This document shows, in pieces, positions 20,270 to 29,746 of a stretch of 64,000 nt of DNA. The position numbers were made by a program, and so were the translations under genes. This stretch comes from an uncultured Gemmatimonadales bacterium. GTDB lineage: Bacteria > Gemmatimonadota > Gemmatimonadetes > Gemmatimonadales > GWC2-71-9. The DNA lies in assembly GCA_963821525.1 (NCBI GenBank), contig CAWGED010000019.1:928001-992000 (forward strand). Reading direction: 5' to 3'. How positions within the stretch are numbered: the stretch's first letter is position 1; the number at the start of each line of letters is the position of its first letter. Below the pieces are notes generated by a model, which made no database searches, was not told where the DNA came from, and saw only the letters and a program-made list of their open reading frames with translations.

Positions 20270-21856
20270 ATGGCCACGTTTGCACTTCCCGCCCGGCAGG
20301 CCCGGCTCTCACGGGAAGAGGTTTACAGCGCCCGCTACCTCATTGCCTTTGCGGTGGTGTCGGCGAGCGTTCTCGAGCTGGTGGACACCAGCATCGTGAA
20401 CGTGGCGATTCCCCACATGATGGGGAACCTTGGCGCGACGCTGGACGAGATCGCCTGGGTCAGTACCGGCTACATCGTTGCCAACGTCATCATTCTTCCG
20501 CTCACCAGTTGGTTGTCGGACCGCTTCGGCCGCCGGAACTACTACACCGGCTCGATCATCCTCTTTACCATCGCGTCATTCCTCGCCGGCAACGCGCACA
20601 CGCTTGAAGAGTTGATTGCCGCCCGGGTAGTTCAGGGCATCGGCGGTGGCGCGCTCATCTCCACGGCTCAGGCCATTCTGTTCGACGTCTTCCCGTTGAG
20701 GGAACGGGGAAAGGCTATGGCCATCTTCGGTATGGGGGTGATGGTAGGCCCGACGCTGGGACCAACTCTGGGCGGATGGATCACCGACAACTACTCCTGG
20801 CCCTGGATCTTCTACATCAACATCCCGCTCGGCATCCTGGCGGCGATGATGACCTGGCGATTTGTGCCGGAGCCGGAGCACGTCAACGAGCGGGTCGATC
20901 ACGTAGACTGGCTTGGCCTGGCGCTGCTGATCATCGGCATCGGCTGTCTGCAGGTGCTGCTCGAGCGCGGAGAGGCCAGGGGTTGGTTCGAATCGAATGA
21001 GATCCGGATCGAAACCCTTCTCGCCACGATTTCCCTGATCTGGTTCACCTGGCACGAGCTCACCACCGAACATCCGGTGGTGAACCTGCGGATTCTGCGC
21101 AACCGGCAGCTCGCGGCCGGGGTGGTATTCGGGCTGATTCTCGGGTTCGCCCTGTACGCGAGCGTCTTCGCCTTGCCGGTATTCCTCCAGACGCTGAGGG
21201 GATATACCGCATGGGATACCGGGAAAGTGATCCTGCCCGGTGCCATTGCGAGTGCGATCACCATGGCCATCACAGGGCGAATCACAGGGAAGGTGGATGC
21301 CCGGTATCTGATCGTGACTGGGGTGGGACTCTTCTTCTGGGCGATGTGGCTCCATTACCACTTCACGCTTGAAATCGGGATGCATGATCTCCTGCTACCC
21401 ATGATCCTGCGTGGCGTGGGCCTCGGCCTCATCTTCGTCCCGCTGACCCAGGTTGCCGTCGCCGACCTGCGTCCCCAACAGCTCGCTCAGGGGACGGGCC
21501 TCTTCAACCTCTCTCGCCAATTGGGCGGCAGCTTTGGGATCGCGGTGGCGGCGACCTTGCTGACCCGATTCACTGAGCAGAGTCGCGAAGGGCTGCGCGC
21601 ACACCTGACACCGACTGAGCCTTCCACTGCCGCCTGGCTGCAATCGACAGTTGCCCGGATGCAGCAACTGGGCGGGAGCTTCCAGGAAGCCCAGTCGAGA
21701 GCGTATCGCCTGCTCGATCTCCACCTCGATGCCCAGGCCGGCATGATCGCCTTCGAGAAGGTGTTCCTGATCATGGGAATCACCTTCGTGGTTGCGCTGC
21801 CGCTTCTGCTGCTCTTCCGGACCGGACGCACTCAGGGAGGGCCAGCAGCTCACTAA
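20270..21856 (+). CDS. emrB: DHA2 MFS efflux permease EmrB-like
   Basis: LVDTSIVNVAIP, LSDRFGRR and GPTLGG..WPWIFYINIP motifs. Confidence 0.95.
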   Translation: MATFALPARQARLSREEVYSARYLIAFAVVSASVLELVDTSIVNVAIPHMMGNLGATLDEIAWVSTGYIVANVIILPLTSWLSDRFGRRNYYTGSIILFTIASFLAGNAHTLEELIAARVVQGIGGGALISTAQAILFDVFPLRERGKAMAIFGMGVMVGPTLGPTLGGWITDNYSWPWIFYINIPLGILAAMMTWRFVPEPEHVNERVDHVDWLGLALLIIGIGCLQVLLERGEARGWFESNEIRIETLLATISLIWFTWHELTTEHPVVNLRILRNRQLAAGVVFGLILGFALYASVFALPVFLQTLRGYTAWDTGKVILPGAIASAITMAITGRITGKVDARYLIVTGVGLFFWAMWLHYHFTLEIGMHDLLLPMILRGVGLGLIFVPLTQVAVADLRPQQLAQGTGLFNLSRQLGGSFGIAVAATLLTRFTEQSREGLRAHLTPTEPSTAAWLQSTVARMQQLGGSFQEAQSRAYRLLDLHLDAQAGMIAFEKVFLIMGITFVVALPLLLLFRTGRTQGGPAAH

Positions 21857-21860
21857 CAGC

Positions 21861-22012
21861 GGGAACGGGGAACCGGAGAAACCCCGCCGCCCCGAACAAC
21901 AACGGTGATGGGAAGGGAGACTCGAGTGGCTTAAATTCCACACCCTGTTCCCTGTTCCCTGTTCCCTGTTCCCTGTTCCCTGTTCCCTGTTCCCTGTTCC
22001 CTGTTCCCGCTT
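21861..22012. repeat. Heptamer tandem array (CCCTGTT)9 with a degenerate complementary arm
   Basis: Nine perfect CCCTGTT units at 21943-22005; upstream arm GGGAACG-GGGAACC-GGAGAA near 21861-21880. Confidence 0.92.
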
Positions 22013-22019
22013 CTCGCCC

Positions 22020-23459
22020 TTGCCCGACATCCTCGACGACTTCGAATCCGACGCGACACCAGCAGCCGGAGCCTTGTTGCTGGAGTTGGTCGGCCGATAC
22101 CTGGAAGTCACCGGCCGCGGAGAAGGACCGGTCTCGACCGGACTCACGCCGGTTGAGCTGGCTCAACGGTTCGCTGGTCCCATGCCGCGACGTGGGCGTC
22201 CACTGGATGAGGTGGTAGCACATCTCGAGCGCGATGTTCTTCCTCACTGCAATCGCCTCACCCATCCCATGTACCTCGGCCACCAGGTATCGGCCCCGCT
22301 GCCCGCGGCCATCTGGACCGAGTCCCTCACGGGAGCGATCAACAATTCGCTCGCGGTGGCCGAGATGTCGCCGGCAATCACCGCGATCGAGCGTCAGTTG
22401 ATCCGCTGGATGGCCGAGCTGGCTGGGTATGGGGCGGAGGCGGGAGGCACGTTCACCTCCGGGGGCACCGAGGCAACATTCACAGCCCTCCTTGCCGCGC
22501 GAGCCAGGGCGTTGCCGGACGCGTGGGAGAATGGCATTGGGAGCGCCGCACCCGCCGTCGTCTACGGGGAGAACGCTCACTATGCGGTCACTCGGGCGAT
22601 CGGTGAGCTTGGTATCGGACTTCGGGCCGGTGTCGTAGTGCCCAACCGTGACTTTCGCATGGATGCGGCGGCCTTGAACAGGGCACTCGAAGACCTGGCG
22701 AGGAAGGGCCGCCAGATCATGGCGGTCGTAGCTACCGCCGGTTCTACTCCCACGGGATCGTTCGACGACCTGGAATCGATCGGGCAAGTTTGTGAAGCCC
22801 GTGGCATCTGGCTCCACGTTGACGGTGCACACGGGGCGTCCGCGCTTCTCTCCAGCCGGCACCGCCATCGCATGAAAGGCATCGAGCGGGCCCGCTCCAT
22901 TGCGTGGGATCCTCACAAGATGATGCTGCTGCCGCTCTCGGCAGGGATGCTGGTAGTGCGGGACGAGAGGGACCTGGATCAGGCGTTCCTGCAGCGGGCT
23001 CCCTACCTGTTCCACGGGGCGGAGAACCAACCGGTACCCGATCAGGGTGTCCGGAGCTTTGCCTGCTCCCGGCGTGCCGATGCCCTCAAGGCCTGGGTTG
23101 CCCTGCTCCGCTACGGAGCTGACGGGATTGGAGAGCTGTACGATCGGCTGTGTGACCTGACCGCCGACCTGTACGGTCTCATCGAACGGCATCCTTCCTT
23201 CGAGACCTTTCACGCTCCCGAGAGCAACATCCTCTGCTTCCGTTTCGTGGGTGACGGCCGCTCCGATGATCCGTCGCTTGACCTGCTCAACAAGGAGCTG
23301 CGCGAGCGCTTCAATCGATCGGGCGTTGGATGGATTACCACCACCGTCCTCAACGGTCGCCGAGTACTTCGGGTGACGATCATGAATCCCCGGACCAGAG
23401 CCGAGCATCTCCAGCGCCTGCTCGATGGCCTCTCAGCAGAGGCGGGGCGGATGGCCTGA
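22020..23459 (+). CDS. Group II PLP-dependent amino-acid decarboxylase (DABA/aromatic type)
   Basis: GGTFTSGGTEA, ATAGST.TGSFD, WLHVDGAHG and DPHK (PLP-Lys) motifs; TTG start. Confidence 0.92.
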   Translation: MPDILDDFESDATPAAGALLLELVGRYLEVTGRGEGPVSTGLTPVELAQRFAGPMPRRGRPLDEVVAHLERDVLPHCNRLTHPMYLGHQVSAPLPAAIWTESLTGAINNSLAVAEMSPAITAIERQLIRWMAELAGYGAEAGGTFTSGGTEATFTALLAARARALPDAWENGIGSAAPAVVYGENAHYAVTRAIGELGIGLRAGVVVPNRDFRMDAAALNRALEDLARKGRQIMAVVATAGSTPTGSFDDLESIGQVCEARGIWLHVDGAHGASALLSSRHRHRMKGIERARSIAWDPHKMMLLPLSAGMLVVRDERDLDQAFLQRAPYLFHGAENQPVPDQGVRSFACSRRADALKAWVALLRYGADGIGELYDRLCDLTADLYGLIERHPSFETFHAPESNILCFRFVGDGRSDDPSLDLLNKELRERFNRSGVGWITTTVLNGRRVLRVTIMNPRTRAEHLQRLLDGLSAEAGRMA

Positions 23460-23519
23460 CTGCTTGCCAGTCTTGGCTATGCCCCGTAGCTTGGCGGCCC
23501 CAACCGTGATCCTGCCACT

Positions 23520-24983
23520 GTGACCTTTCAGCGCAAGCTGCTCCTCGGTACTTCGCTCATGATCCTTCCAGTGCTGCTCATCGGCCTGGAGGCGATCCGA
23601 AGCAACGCCGCGGAACGGCGCGCCCTCGAAACACTCGGCGCCGGCCTGGGTCGCAATCGGACCTATGCCGAGCTGGAAACCGCCATGTTCAACCAGACCG
23701 AGTCGGTCTGGCGCTACCTCACGGGCATGGACAGCTCCGCACGGAACGAGTTCCGCATGGCGGGCGAGGTAGTGGATTACTGGTACGACCGCTGGCAGGG
23801 CGAGCTCAAACCGGACGAGATGGAGCTCGCGAAGAGCGTCCAGGCGATTCAGATCCAGATTCAGGCGGTGGGAGACAGCGTCTTCCGTCTTTACGACACC
23901 GGCCATCACGAGCTGGCCTACCGGACTGCACAACTCGAGCTGAAGGGGCGCCTCCAACCGGCGCTCACCACGCTCAATCGGGAGATCTATCGCCGCGCGC
24001 GTGAGTTCAGCGTCCAGGCGGCATTCGCGCGGGTGGAGGAGATTGTAGACAATGAACGTCGTGTACTGCTCGCGATCACGGGCCTGGCACTCGCGGGCGG
24101 CCTGCTCATCTCGTGGCTCATCGCCCGCGGCCTGATCCGGCCTATAACGGTTCTGAGTAACGCAATGGCAGTGGTAGGCGGCGGCGACCTCGACCACCCG
24201 ATCCGCACCCAAGCCAGCGACGAGATCGGGAACCTGGCCCGTTCCTTCGCCGGGATGACGGAGAATCTGCGCAAATCTCGGGCGGAGATGGTTCGGCTCA
24301 ACGGAGCGCTGATTCAATCGGAGAAGCTCGCTTCACTGGGAGAGATGGCGGCCGCGGTGGCTCACGGTCTTCGTAACCCGCTCGCAAGCTTGCGGGCTTC
24401 GGCGCAACTCGCGTTGCGTCACCCCGAGTCGCCCGCCGCGCGCGAACAGCTCTCGGCTATCATCCAGGAGGTCGACCGCCTGGACCGGCGGATCAGTCAC
24501 CTGCTCGCTTTCTCCCGCCCCGCGCCGTTTCATCCGATGCCGGAGCGGATTCCGCAGCTGGTGCAAGACATCCTCCCCGCGTTCACCGAGCGGCTGCGGG
24601 CGCAGGGCGTGACTCTGGAGCAGGATCTGCCGGCGTCGCTTCCCGAGGTCCGGGTGGATCCCATGAAACTGGAGCAGGTATTCGTGGAACTCGTTTCCAA
24701 CGCTCTCGATGCCATGCCATCCGGCGGCCGGCTTGCCATCGCCGGGCGACTGGAGCAGTCAGGCGAGACCCCCGGGCTCGCGGTGACCGTACAAGACACC
24801 GGTTCGGGAATTCCCGACCAGGTGCTTCCTTCCATCGGCGAGCCGTTCTTTACTACCCGGCCCGAGGGGACCGGCCTCGGCGTCGCCACTGCACGGCGGT
24901 TCGTGGAGCAACACGGGGGCCGTCTCGACTTGACCAGCCGCGTAGGAGAAGGGACCACCGTGAAGATCTGGCTGCCTCAATGA
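23520..24983 (+). CDS. Sensor histidine kinase (periplasmic helical sensor, HAMP, HisKA, HATPase)
   Basis: Two TM helices, H-box VAHGLRNPL, N-box NALDA and G boxes DTGSG and GTGLG. Confidence 0.95.
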   Translation: MTFQRKLLLGTSLMILPVLLIGLEAIRSNAAERRALETLGAGLGRNRTYAELETAMFNQTESVWRYLTGMDSSARNEFRMAGEVVDYWYDRWQGELKPDEMELAKSVQAIQIQIQAVGDSVFRLYDTGHHELAYRTAQLELKGRLQPALTTLNREIYRRAREFSVQAAFARVEEIVDNERRVLLAITGLALAGGLLISWLIARGLIRPITVLSNAMAVVGGGDLDHPIRTQASDEIGNLARSFAGMTENLRKSRAEMVRLNGALIQSEKLASLGEMAAAVAHGLRNPLASLRASAQLALRHPESPAAREQLSAIIQEVDRLDRRISHLLAFSRPAPFHPMPERIPQLVQDILPAFTERLRAQGVTLEQDLPASLPEVRVDPMKLEQVFVELVSNALDAMPSGGRLAIAGRLEQSGETPGLAVTVQDTGSGIPDQVLPSIGEPFFTTRPEGTGLGVATARRFVEQHGGRLDLTSRVGEGTTVKIWLPQ

Positions 24984-26353
24984 ACGGCTCAACCGTCCTC
25001 ATCGTTGACGACGAGCGCAACCTCGCGCGCGCGATGAAGGCGTTCCTCGCCGAGCACGGCTACGAAAGCGAGGTCGCCGGCGATGCGGAGCGGGCGCTGC
25101 AGCTTCTCCCGACCATGCATCCCGACGTGGTATTCAGCGATGTTCGCCTTCCCGGAATGAACGGCATCGAGCTCCTGAAGCGGATCAAGGAGTTCGACCC
25201 CGCGATCCCCGTCGTGATCATGACGGCCTTCGGCTCGATCGAGGGAGCGGTCGCAGCGGTGAAGCTGGGCGCCTTCGACTACGTGAAGAAGCCGCTGGAT
25301 CTGGAAGAGCTGAAGCTCCTGGCCGACCGGGCGCGCGAAACCTCGCTCATGAAGCAGGAGCTCTCCTACCTGCGGCAGCGGGTCGCTCGCGACGTACCCT
25401 TCGACAACGTGCTGGGCGAGGCACCCGTAATGCGCGGGATACTGGAGCAGGTTCGGCAGATCGCGGCCCTGGACGAGACACCACCGGTCCTGATCACCGG
25501 GGAAACCGGAACTGGCAAAGGGCTAGTGGCCAGGACGATTCATGCTTCGGGAGCCCGTGCGAATCGTCCTTTTATCGACGTCAATTGCACCGCCCTCCCC
25601 GCGACACTCATGGAAGCCGAGCTCTTCGGCTACGAGCGCGGCGCTTTCACCGATGCCAAAGAGTCGAAGATCGGCCTGTTCGAGGCGGCCGAGGGTGGAT
25701 TCCTCTTCCTCGACGAAATTGGCGACGTGGAGCTGGCTCTTCAGGGCAAGCTGTTGCGCGCCATCGAAGAGCGGGTCGTGCGCCGGGTCGGCGGGATCCG
25801 GGACCGGAAGATCGACGTGCGAATTCTCGCGGCGACGAATCGGGACCTGGAAAGGGATGCCGGCGGGGAGCGGTTCCGAAAAGATCTCTATTTCCGTCTG
25901 GCAGTGATTCTGATTCGCCTCCCGCCGCTCCGCGATCGGGGCAATGACATACTGCTTCTCGCCGAGCACTACCTGCGGGAGTTCTCGGCCAAGTACGGGC
26001 GGGAGGTCCGCGGTATTGATGCCCTCGCGCGGGAGCAATTGATGGCCTATCCCTGGCCCGGGAACGTGCGCGAGTTGAGTCACGTGATCGAGCGTGCCGT
26101 GCTGTGGAGCCGCGGCGGAGATCTGTCAGCGGAGCATCTCGCTCTTACCCGCCCCTCGGATCAGGTCCAGCTACCAGGCGCCGAGCCGGCGAACCGCCGA
26201 GCCGCCGAGCCGGCAAGCCTCGAGCAGTGGGAGCGTCAGTTACTCGAGCAAGCCCTCAAGGAGGAAGGCGGGAATCAGACCAGGGCGGCACAGCGGCTGG
26301 GAATTTCCCGCGATACGCTGCGCTATCGGATCAAGAAGTATGGGTTGGGCTAG
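24980..26353 (+). CDS. NtrC/AtoC-family sigma54-dependent response regulator
   Basis: REC domain, GETGTGK, ELFGYERGAFTDA, FLDEIG, WPGNVREL and a Fis-type HTH. Confidence 0.96.
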   Translation: MNGSTVLIVDDERNLARAMKAFLAEHGYESEVAGDAERALQLLPTMHPDVVFSDVRLPGMNGIELLKRIKEFDPAIPVVIMTAFGSIEGAVAAVKLGAFDYVKKPLDLEELKLLADRARETSLMKQELSYLRQRVARDVPFDNVLGEAPVMRGILEQVRQIAALDETPPVLITGETGTGKGLVARTIHASGARANRPFIDVNCTALPATLMEAELFGYERGAFTDAKESKIGLFEAAEGGFLFLDEIGDVELALQGKLLRAIEERVVRRVGGIRDRKIDVRILAATNRDLERDAGGERFRKDLYFRLAVILIRLPPLRDRGNDILLLAEHYLREFSAKYGREVRGIDALAREQLMAYPWPGNVRELSHVIERAVLWSRGGDLSAEHLALTRPSDQVQLPGAEPANRRAAEPASLEQWERQLLEQALKEEGGNQTRAAQRLGISRDTLRYRIKKYGLG

Positions 26354-26389
26354 TGGGTGATCTCACCCAAAGTGGGTCATATCACCCAC
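26354..26389. promoter_or_regulatory. Tandem palindromic enhancer (UAS) candidates
   Basis: TGGGTGA-TC-TCACCCA (26354-26369) and GTGGGTCA-TA-TCACCCAC (26372-26389), about 100 bp upstream of a -24/-12 box. Confidence 0.7.
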
Positions 26390-26473
26390 TTACCCCCAAG
26401 TGGTAGCCGGTAGGACAATCGCCAAGACATTGGAAGACAATCACTTAGGAGTAGAGGGGAAGACAACAAAGCC

Positions 26474-26489
26474 CGGCACGGCGTCTGCT
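26474..26489 (+). promoter_or_regulatory. Sigma54 -24/-12 promoter of the pqq operon
   Basis: CGGCAC-GGCGT-CTGCT (GG-N10-GC), about 62 bp upstream of pqqA. Confidence 0.75.
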
Positions 26490-26551
26490 TTACCCTTGAA
26501 CAGTACTGCTGCGCTGCAGTCACAGACGGAATCTCTTTGGAGGGTACCTCG

Positions 26552-26626
26552 ATGTCTTGGACCAAGCCAGAAGCTGAAGTGGTTGCGGTCACCATGGAAG
26601 TCACCGCGTACGTCGCGACGCTTTAA
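26552..26626 (+). CDS. pqqA: PQQ precursor peptide PqqA (24 aa), absent from the ORF track
   Basis: MSWTKPEAEVVAVTMEVTAYVATL*: WxKP leader and ExxxY core (EVTAY), SD GGAGG, directly before pqqB. Confidence 0.95.
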   Translation: MSWTKPEAEVVAVTMEVTAYVATL

Positions 26627-26642
26627 ACTCGCGATGCACCGG

Positions 26643-26675
26643 ACGGGGCTCGCGGAAGCGGGCCCCGTTTGTTTT
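26643..26675 (+). terminator. pqqA-pqqB intergenic hairpin (partial terminator or stabiliser)
   Basis: ACGGGGCTCGC-GGAA-GCGGGCCCCGT followed by TTGTTTT. Confidence 0.75.
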
Positions 26676-26677
26676 GT

Positions 26678-27586
26678 ATGGACCTGATTCTTCTAGGCAC
26701 CGCCGCGGGCGGCGGATTCCCTCAGTGGAACTGCTGGTGCCCACCCTGCCGCGTCGCGCGAACCGATCCGGCCCGGGCCCACCCCCGCACTCAGTCCTCC
26801 GCGGCCGTATCGTCGGATGGCAAGCGATGGTTCCTGCTCAACGCCTCACCCGACGTCCGACTCCAGCTGGGCCTGCTCAATGGTCAGGCTCCGGCAGGAA
26901 TTCGGCACGTCCCGGTCGAGGGCGTGGTGGTGACCGATGCTGAACTTGACCACACACTCGGCTTGGCCCTGCTGCGCGAAGCTCGCCAGCTTCGGCTCTA
27001 CGCCACCGATGCGGTGCTCGGCGTTCTCCGGGAGGATTCCAGACTGCTGCCGGTAACCGAGGCCTTCTCGGAGGTCACTGTCACCCGGCTGTCTCTGGAT
27101 ACCGACGTGCCTTTGCTCTATCGTGACGGCACGCCCAGTGGCATCGAGGTCACTGCCTTCAGCGTAGCTGGAGACCCGCCTCGCTTTGCGCGGCGCGAGG
27201 AGCCGGGCCACACCATTGGACTCTTGCTGCGCGAAACCAGGTCGGGGAGTAGAGCCGCGTTTGTTCCCGGTTGTGGCGCGCTCGATGAGAAGCTGCTCGG
27301 TCGGCTGCGCGGAACGGATTCGCTGTTCATCGACGGCACCTTCTGGGACGACGCCGAGCTTGTGACACTCGGGATCAGCGATCGCTCCGCCCGACAGATG
27401 GGCCACGTGCCGGTTTCAGGAACCGAGGGAAGTCTGGCGCGCCTCCGGGATCTCCCTTGCCGAAATCGGGTCTACACCCACATCAACAATTCGAATCCCA
27501 TGCTCCTGGAAGATTCGCCCGAGCGGCGCGAGGTTGAGGCGGCGGGCATTCTCGTGGGGGACGATGGGATGAGATTTTCACTATGA
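26678..27586 (+). CDS. pqqB: PQQ biosynthesis protein PqqB
   Basis: LGTAAGGGFPQWNCxCxxC, RTQSS, NASPD, DGTFW, MGH and HINNSNP motifs. Confidence 0.97.
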   Translation: MDLILLGTAAGGGFPQWNCWCPPCRVARTDPARAHPRTQSSAAVSSDGKRWFLLNASPDVRLQLGLLNGQAPAGIRHVPVEGVVVTDAELDHTLGLALLREARQLRLYATDAVLGVLREDSRLLPVTEAFSEVTVTRLSLDTDVPLLYRDGTPSGIEVTAFSVAGDPPRFARREEPGHTIGLLLRETRSGSRAAFVPGCGALDEKLLGRLRGTDSLFIDGTFWDDAELVTLGISDRSARQMGHVPVSGTEGSLARLRDLPCRNRVYTHINNSNPMLLEDSPERREVEAAGILVGDDGMRFSL

Positions 27587-28341
27587 CGACGGTGTTCAAC
27601 GAATCCAGGCTGACGAGCGTTCCGCGTCCCGCCATTCCGGAGCTTTCCCGTCCGCTTACTCCGGCAGAGCTGGAGGAGGCGCTGCGCGGTTTCCACGGCT
27701 CCTACTACGTCGAGCACCCGTTTCACAAACTCATGTATCAGGGCCAGCTCACTCCGCGCCAATTCCAGGGCTGGGCCGCCAACCGGCTCGCGTACCAGCG
27801 CGTCGTCCCCCGCAAGGACGCAGCGATCTTGTCCAATTGTCCTGATCCCGCAGTCCGCCGGGAGTGGATCCAGCGCATCATCGATCACGACGGCACCCAG
27901 GAGGGAGAAGGCGGGATCGAGATGTGGATCAGACTCGGTGTCGCACTCGGCGTTCCCCGGGAGGAAATGGAGGACGAGCGCCATGTGCTCCCAGCCGTCC
28001 GACTGATCTGCGAATCCTACGTCTGGTTCTGCAAGTCGAAGCCGTGGGTTCAGGCGGTTGCGTCGTCTCTCACCGAGCTATTTGCCCCCAAGATTCACAA
28101 TCAGCGCATCGAGGCTTTCCCGATCCATTACCCGTGGATACCGCCTGAAGCGCTCGATTACTTCAAGAGCAGGCTGGTGCAGGCGCCACGCGACGTGAAA
28201 CATGGCCTCTCGATCGTGCAGCGGAATTGCACGACCGTGGAGACTCAGCGCCAGGCCTTCGAGGCGCTGGCTTTCAAGCTCGAAATGCTCTGGGCTATGA
28301 TCGACACGATTCACAACGCGTATCGCGAAGATGGCAGATAA
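27583..28341 (+). CDS. pqqC: Pyrroloquinoline-quinone synthase PqqC
   Basis: HPFH, RKDAAI, RIIDHDG, SSLTELFAP and YFxxRLxQAPRD motifs. Confidence 0.97.
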   Translation: MTTVFNESRLTSVPRPAIPELSRPLTPAELEEALRGFHGSYYVEHPFHKLMYQGQLTPRQFQGWAANRLAYQRVVPRKDAAILSNCPDPAVRREWIQRIIDHDGTQEGEGGIEMWIRLGVALGVPREEMEDERHVLPAVRLICESYVWFCKSKPWVQAVASSLTELFAPKIHNQRIEAFPIHYPWIPPEALDYFKSRLVQAPRDVKHGLSIVQRNCTTVETQRQAFEALAFKLEMLWAMIDTIHNAYREDGR

Positions 28342-28627
28342 TCGTCCCGTGACTCCCGATTCCCGCCCTCAGCTCTGGCGACTGGCCAGGATCGACTTCG
28401 ACCGGGTGCGCCGGCGGCCGGTCCTGCTGTATCCCGAGGGGGCGATGTTCATCAACGACACCGGGAAGGCGATCCTGGAGCTTTGCAACGGCGAGCGGAC
28501 TGCCGGCGAGATCGCGCGGGAGCTGGGGGAGCGATACCAGAGCGAGGTTCTGACTGACGTGATCGAGTATCTCGAGGTGATGGAACAACGGAACCTGGTC
28601 GTCGATCGAGCGGCGGTGGCTCCATGA
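28331..28627 (+). CDS. pqqD: PqqA peptide chaperone PqqD (RRE)
   Basis: VLLYPEG...N....IL.LC.G motif; lies between pqqC and pqqE. Confidence 0.95.
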   Translation: MADNRPVTPDSRPQLWRLARIDFDRVRRRPVLLYPEGAMFINDTGKAILELCNGERTAGEIARELGERYQSEVLTDVIEYLEVMEQRNLVVDRAAVAP

Positions 28628-29736
28628 CCGGGCCACGCATTCTGAATCAGCCGACGACCCTGCTGGCGGAGATCACCTATCGCTGCCCGCTGCATTGCCC
28701 GTACTGCTCCAATCCTCTGGAGATGACCAGGGCCGAGGCCGAGCTTTCGACGTCGGATTGGAAGCGGGTCTTCACCGAAGCGCGGAACCTCGGCGTCCTT
28801 CAGCTAGGCTTGTCAGGTGGCGAGCCGCTGGTGCGCAAGGATCTGGAGGAGCTCGTCGCCCACGCCCGCAGCGAAGGGCTGTATTCGACCTTGGTAACCT
28901 CGGGACTCGGACTCACGCGAAATCGCGCTCAGAGTCTCAAGGAAGCCGGGATCGATCACGTACAGATCTCGTTTCAGGATTCCGAGACCCAATCCGCCGA
29001 GCAGATTGCCGGGATCCGGTCGGTGAAGCAGAAGCGCGCGGCGGCGGAGTTGGTCCGGGAGCTGGATCTCGCGTTCTCGGTGAACGTGGTACTTCACCGT
29101 CAGAACCTGGACCACCTGAGCGACATCATCGAGATGGCGGCTTCGATGGGGGCGGACCGGCTGGAGCTGGCAAACACTCAGTACTACGGTTGGGCGCTCA
29201 AGAACAGGGCGGCGCTGCTACCAACCCGGCAGCAGGTCGAGGCCTCGAAGGCGGTAGCTGAGGCGGCCATCAAGAAGTATCGGGGGAAGATGCAGATCCT
29301 CTATGTGCTGCCCGACTATTACGAGACCTACCCGAAGGCCTGCTACGGCGGCTGGGGCAATGTGTACATCCTGGTAACGCCCGACGGTCGTGCCCTTCCC
29401 TGCCACGGCGCGACCCAGATTCCCTCGCTCTCGTTCGTCGATGTCCGGGAGCGGCCGCTCGACTGGATCTGGCAACACTCGCCGATCTTCAACGCCTTCC
29501 GCGGCGACAGCTGGATGAAAGAGCCTTGCCGCACCTGTTCCCGGAAGAACGTGGACTTCAGCGGGTGCCGCTGTCAGGCCTTCGCGCTCACGGGAGACGC
29601 GACCAATCCCGACCCCGTCTGCACGCTCACTCCTCTGCGGTCAATCATTGATGAGGCGCTGAATCTGAACGGGAGCCCGCCCGAGTACGTGTATCGGTAT
29701 GTCGAGAAGGAGACGGTTGGGCCTGGAGTGCCATAG
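28624..29736 (+). CDS. pqqE: Radical SAM/SPASM PqqA cyclase PqqE
   Basis: LAEITYRCPLHCPYCSNP, ELANTQYYGWA and GCRCQA motifs. Confidence 0.97.
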   Translation: MTGPRILNQPTTLLAEITYRCPLHCPYCSNPLEMTRAEAELSTSDWKRVFTEARNLGVLQLGLSGGEPLVRKDLEELVAHARSEGLYSTLVTSGLGLTRNRAQSLKEAGIDHVQISFQDSETQSAEQIAGIRSVKQKRAAAELVRELDLAFSVNVVLHRQNLDHLSDIIEMAASMGADRLELANTQYYGWALKNRAALLPTRQQVEASKAVAEAAIKKYRGKMQILYVLPDYYETYPKACYGGWGNVYILVTPDGRALPCHGATQIPSLSFVDVRERPLDWIWQHSPIFNAFRGDSWMKEPCRTCSRKNVDFSGCRCQAFALTGDATNPDPVCTLTPLRSIIDEALNLNGSPPEYVYRYVEKETVGPGVP

Positions 29737-29746
29737 GCCGTAGGCC

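Noticed and set aside
21943..22005. Repeats as a CRISPR array
   Set aside because: The units are 7 bp and contiguous with no spacers, and there are no cas genes in the window.
21395..22147. ORFs encoding REQGTGN peptide repeats
   Set aside because: These are translations of the intergenic (CCCTGTT)9 array that overlap real genes on the other strand.
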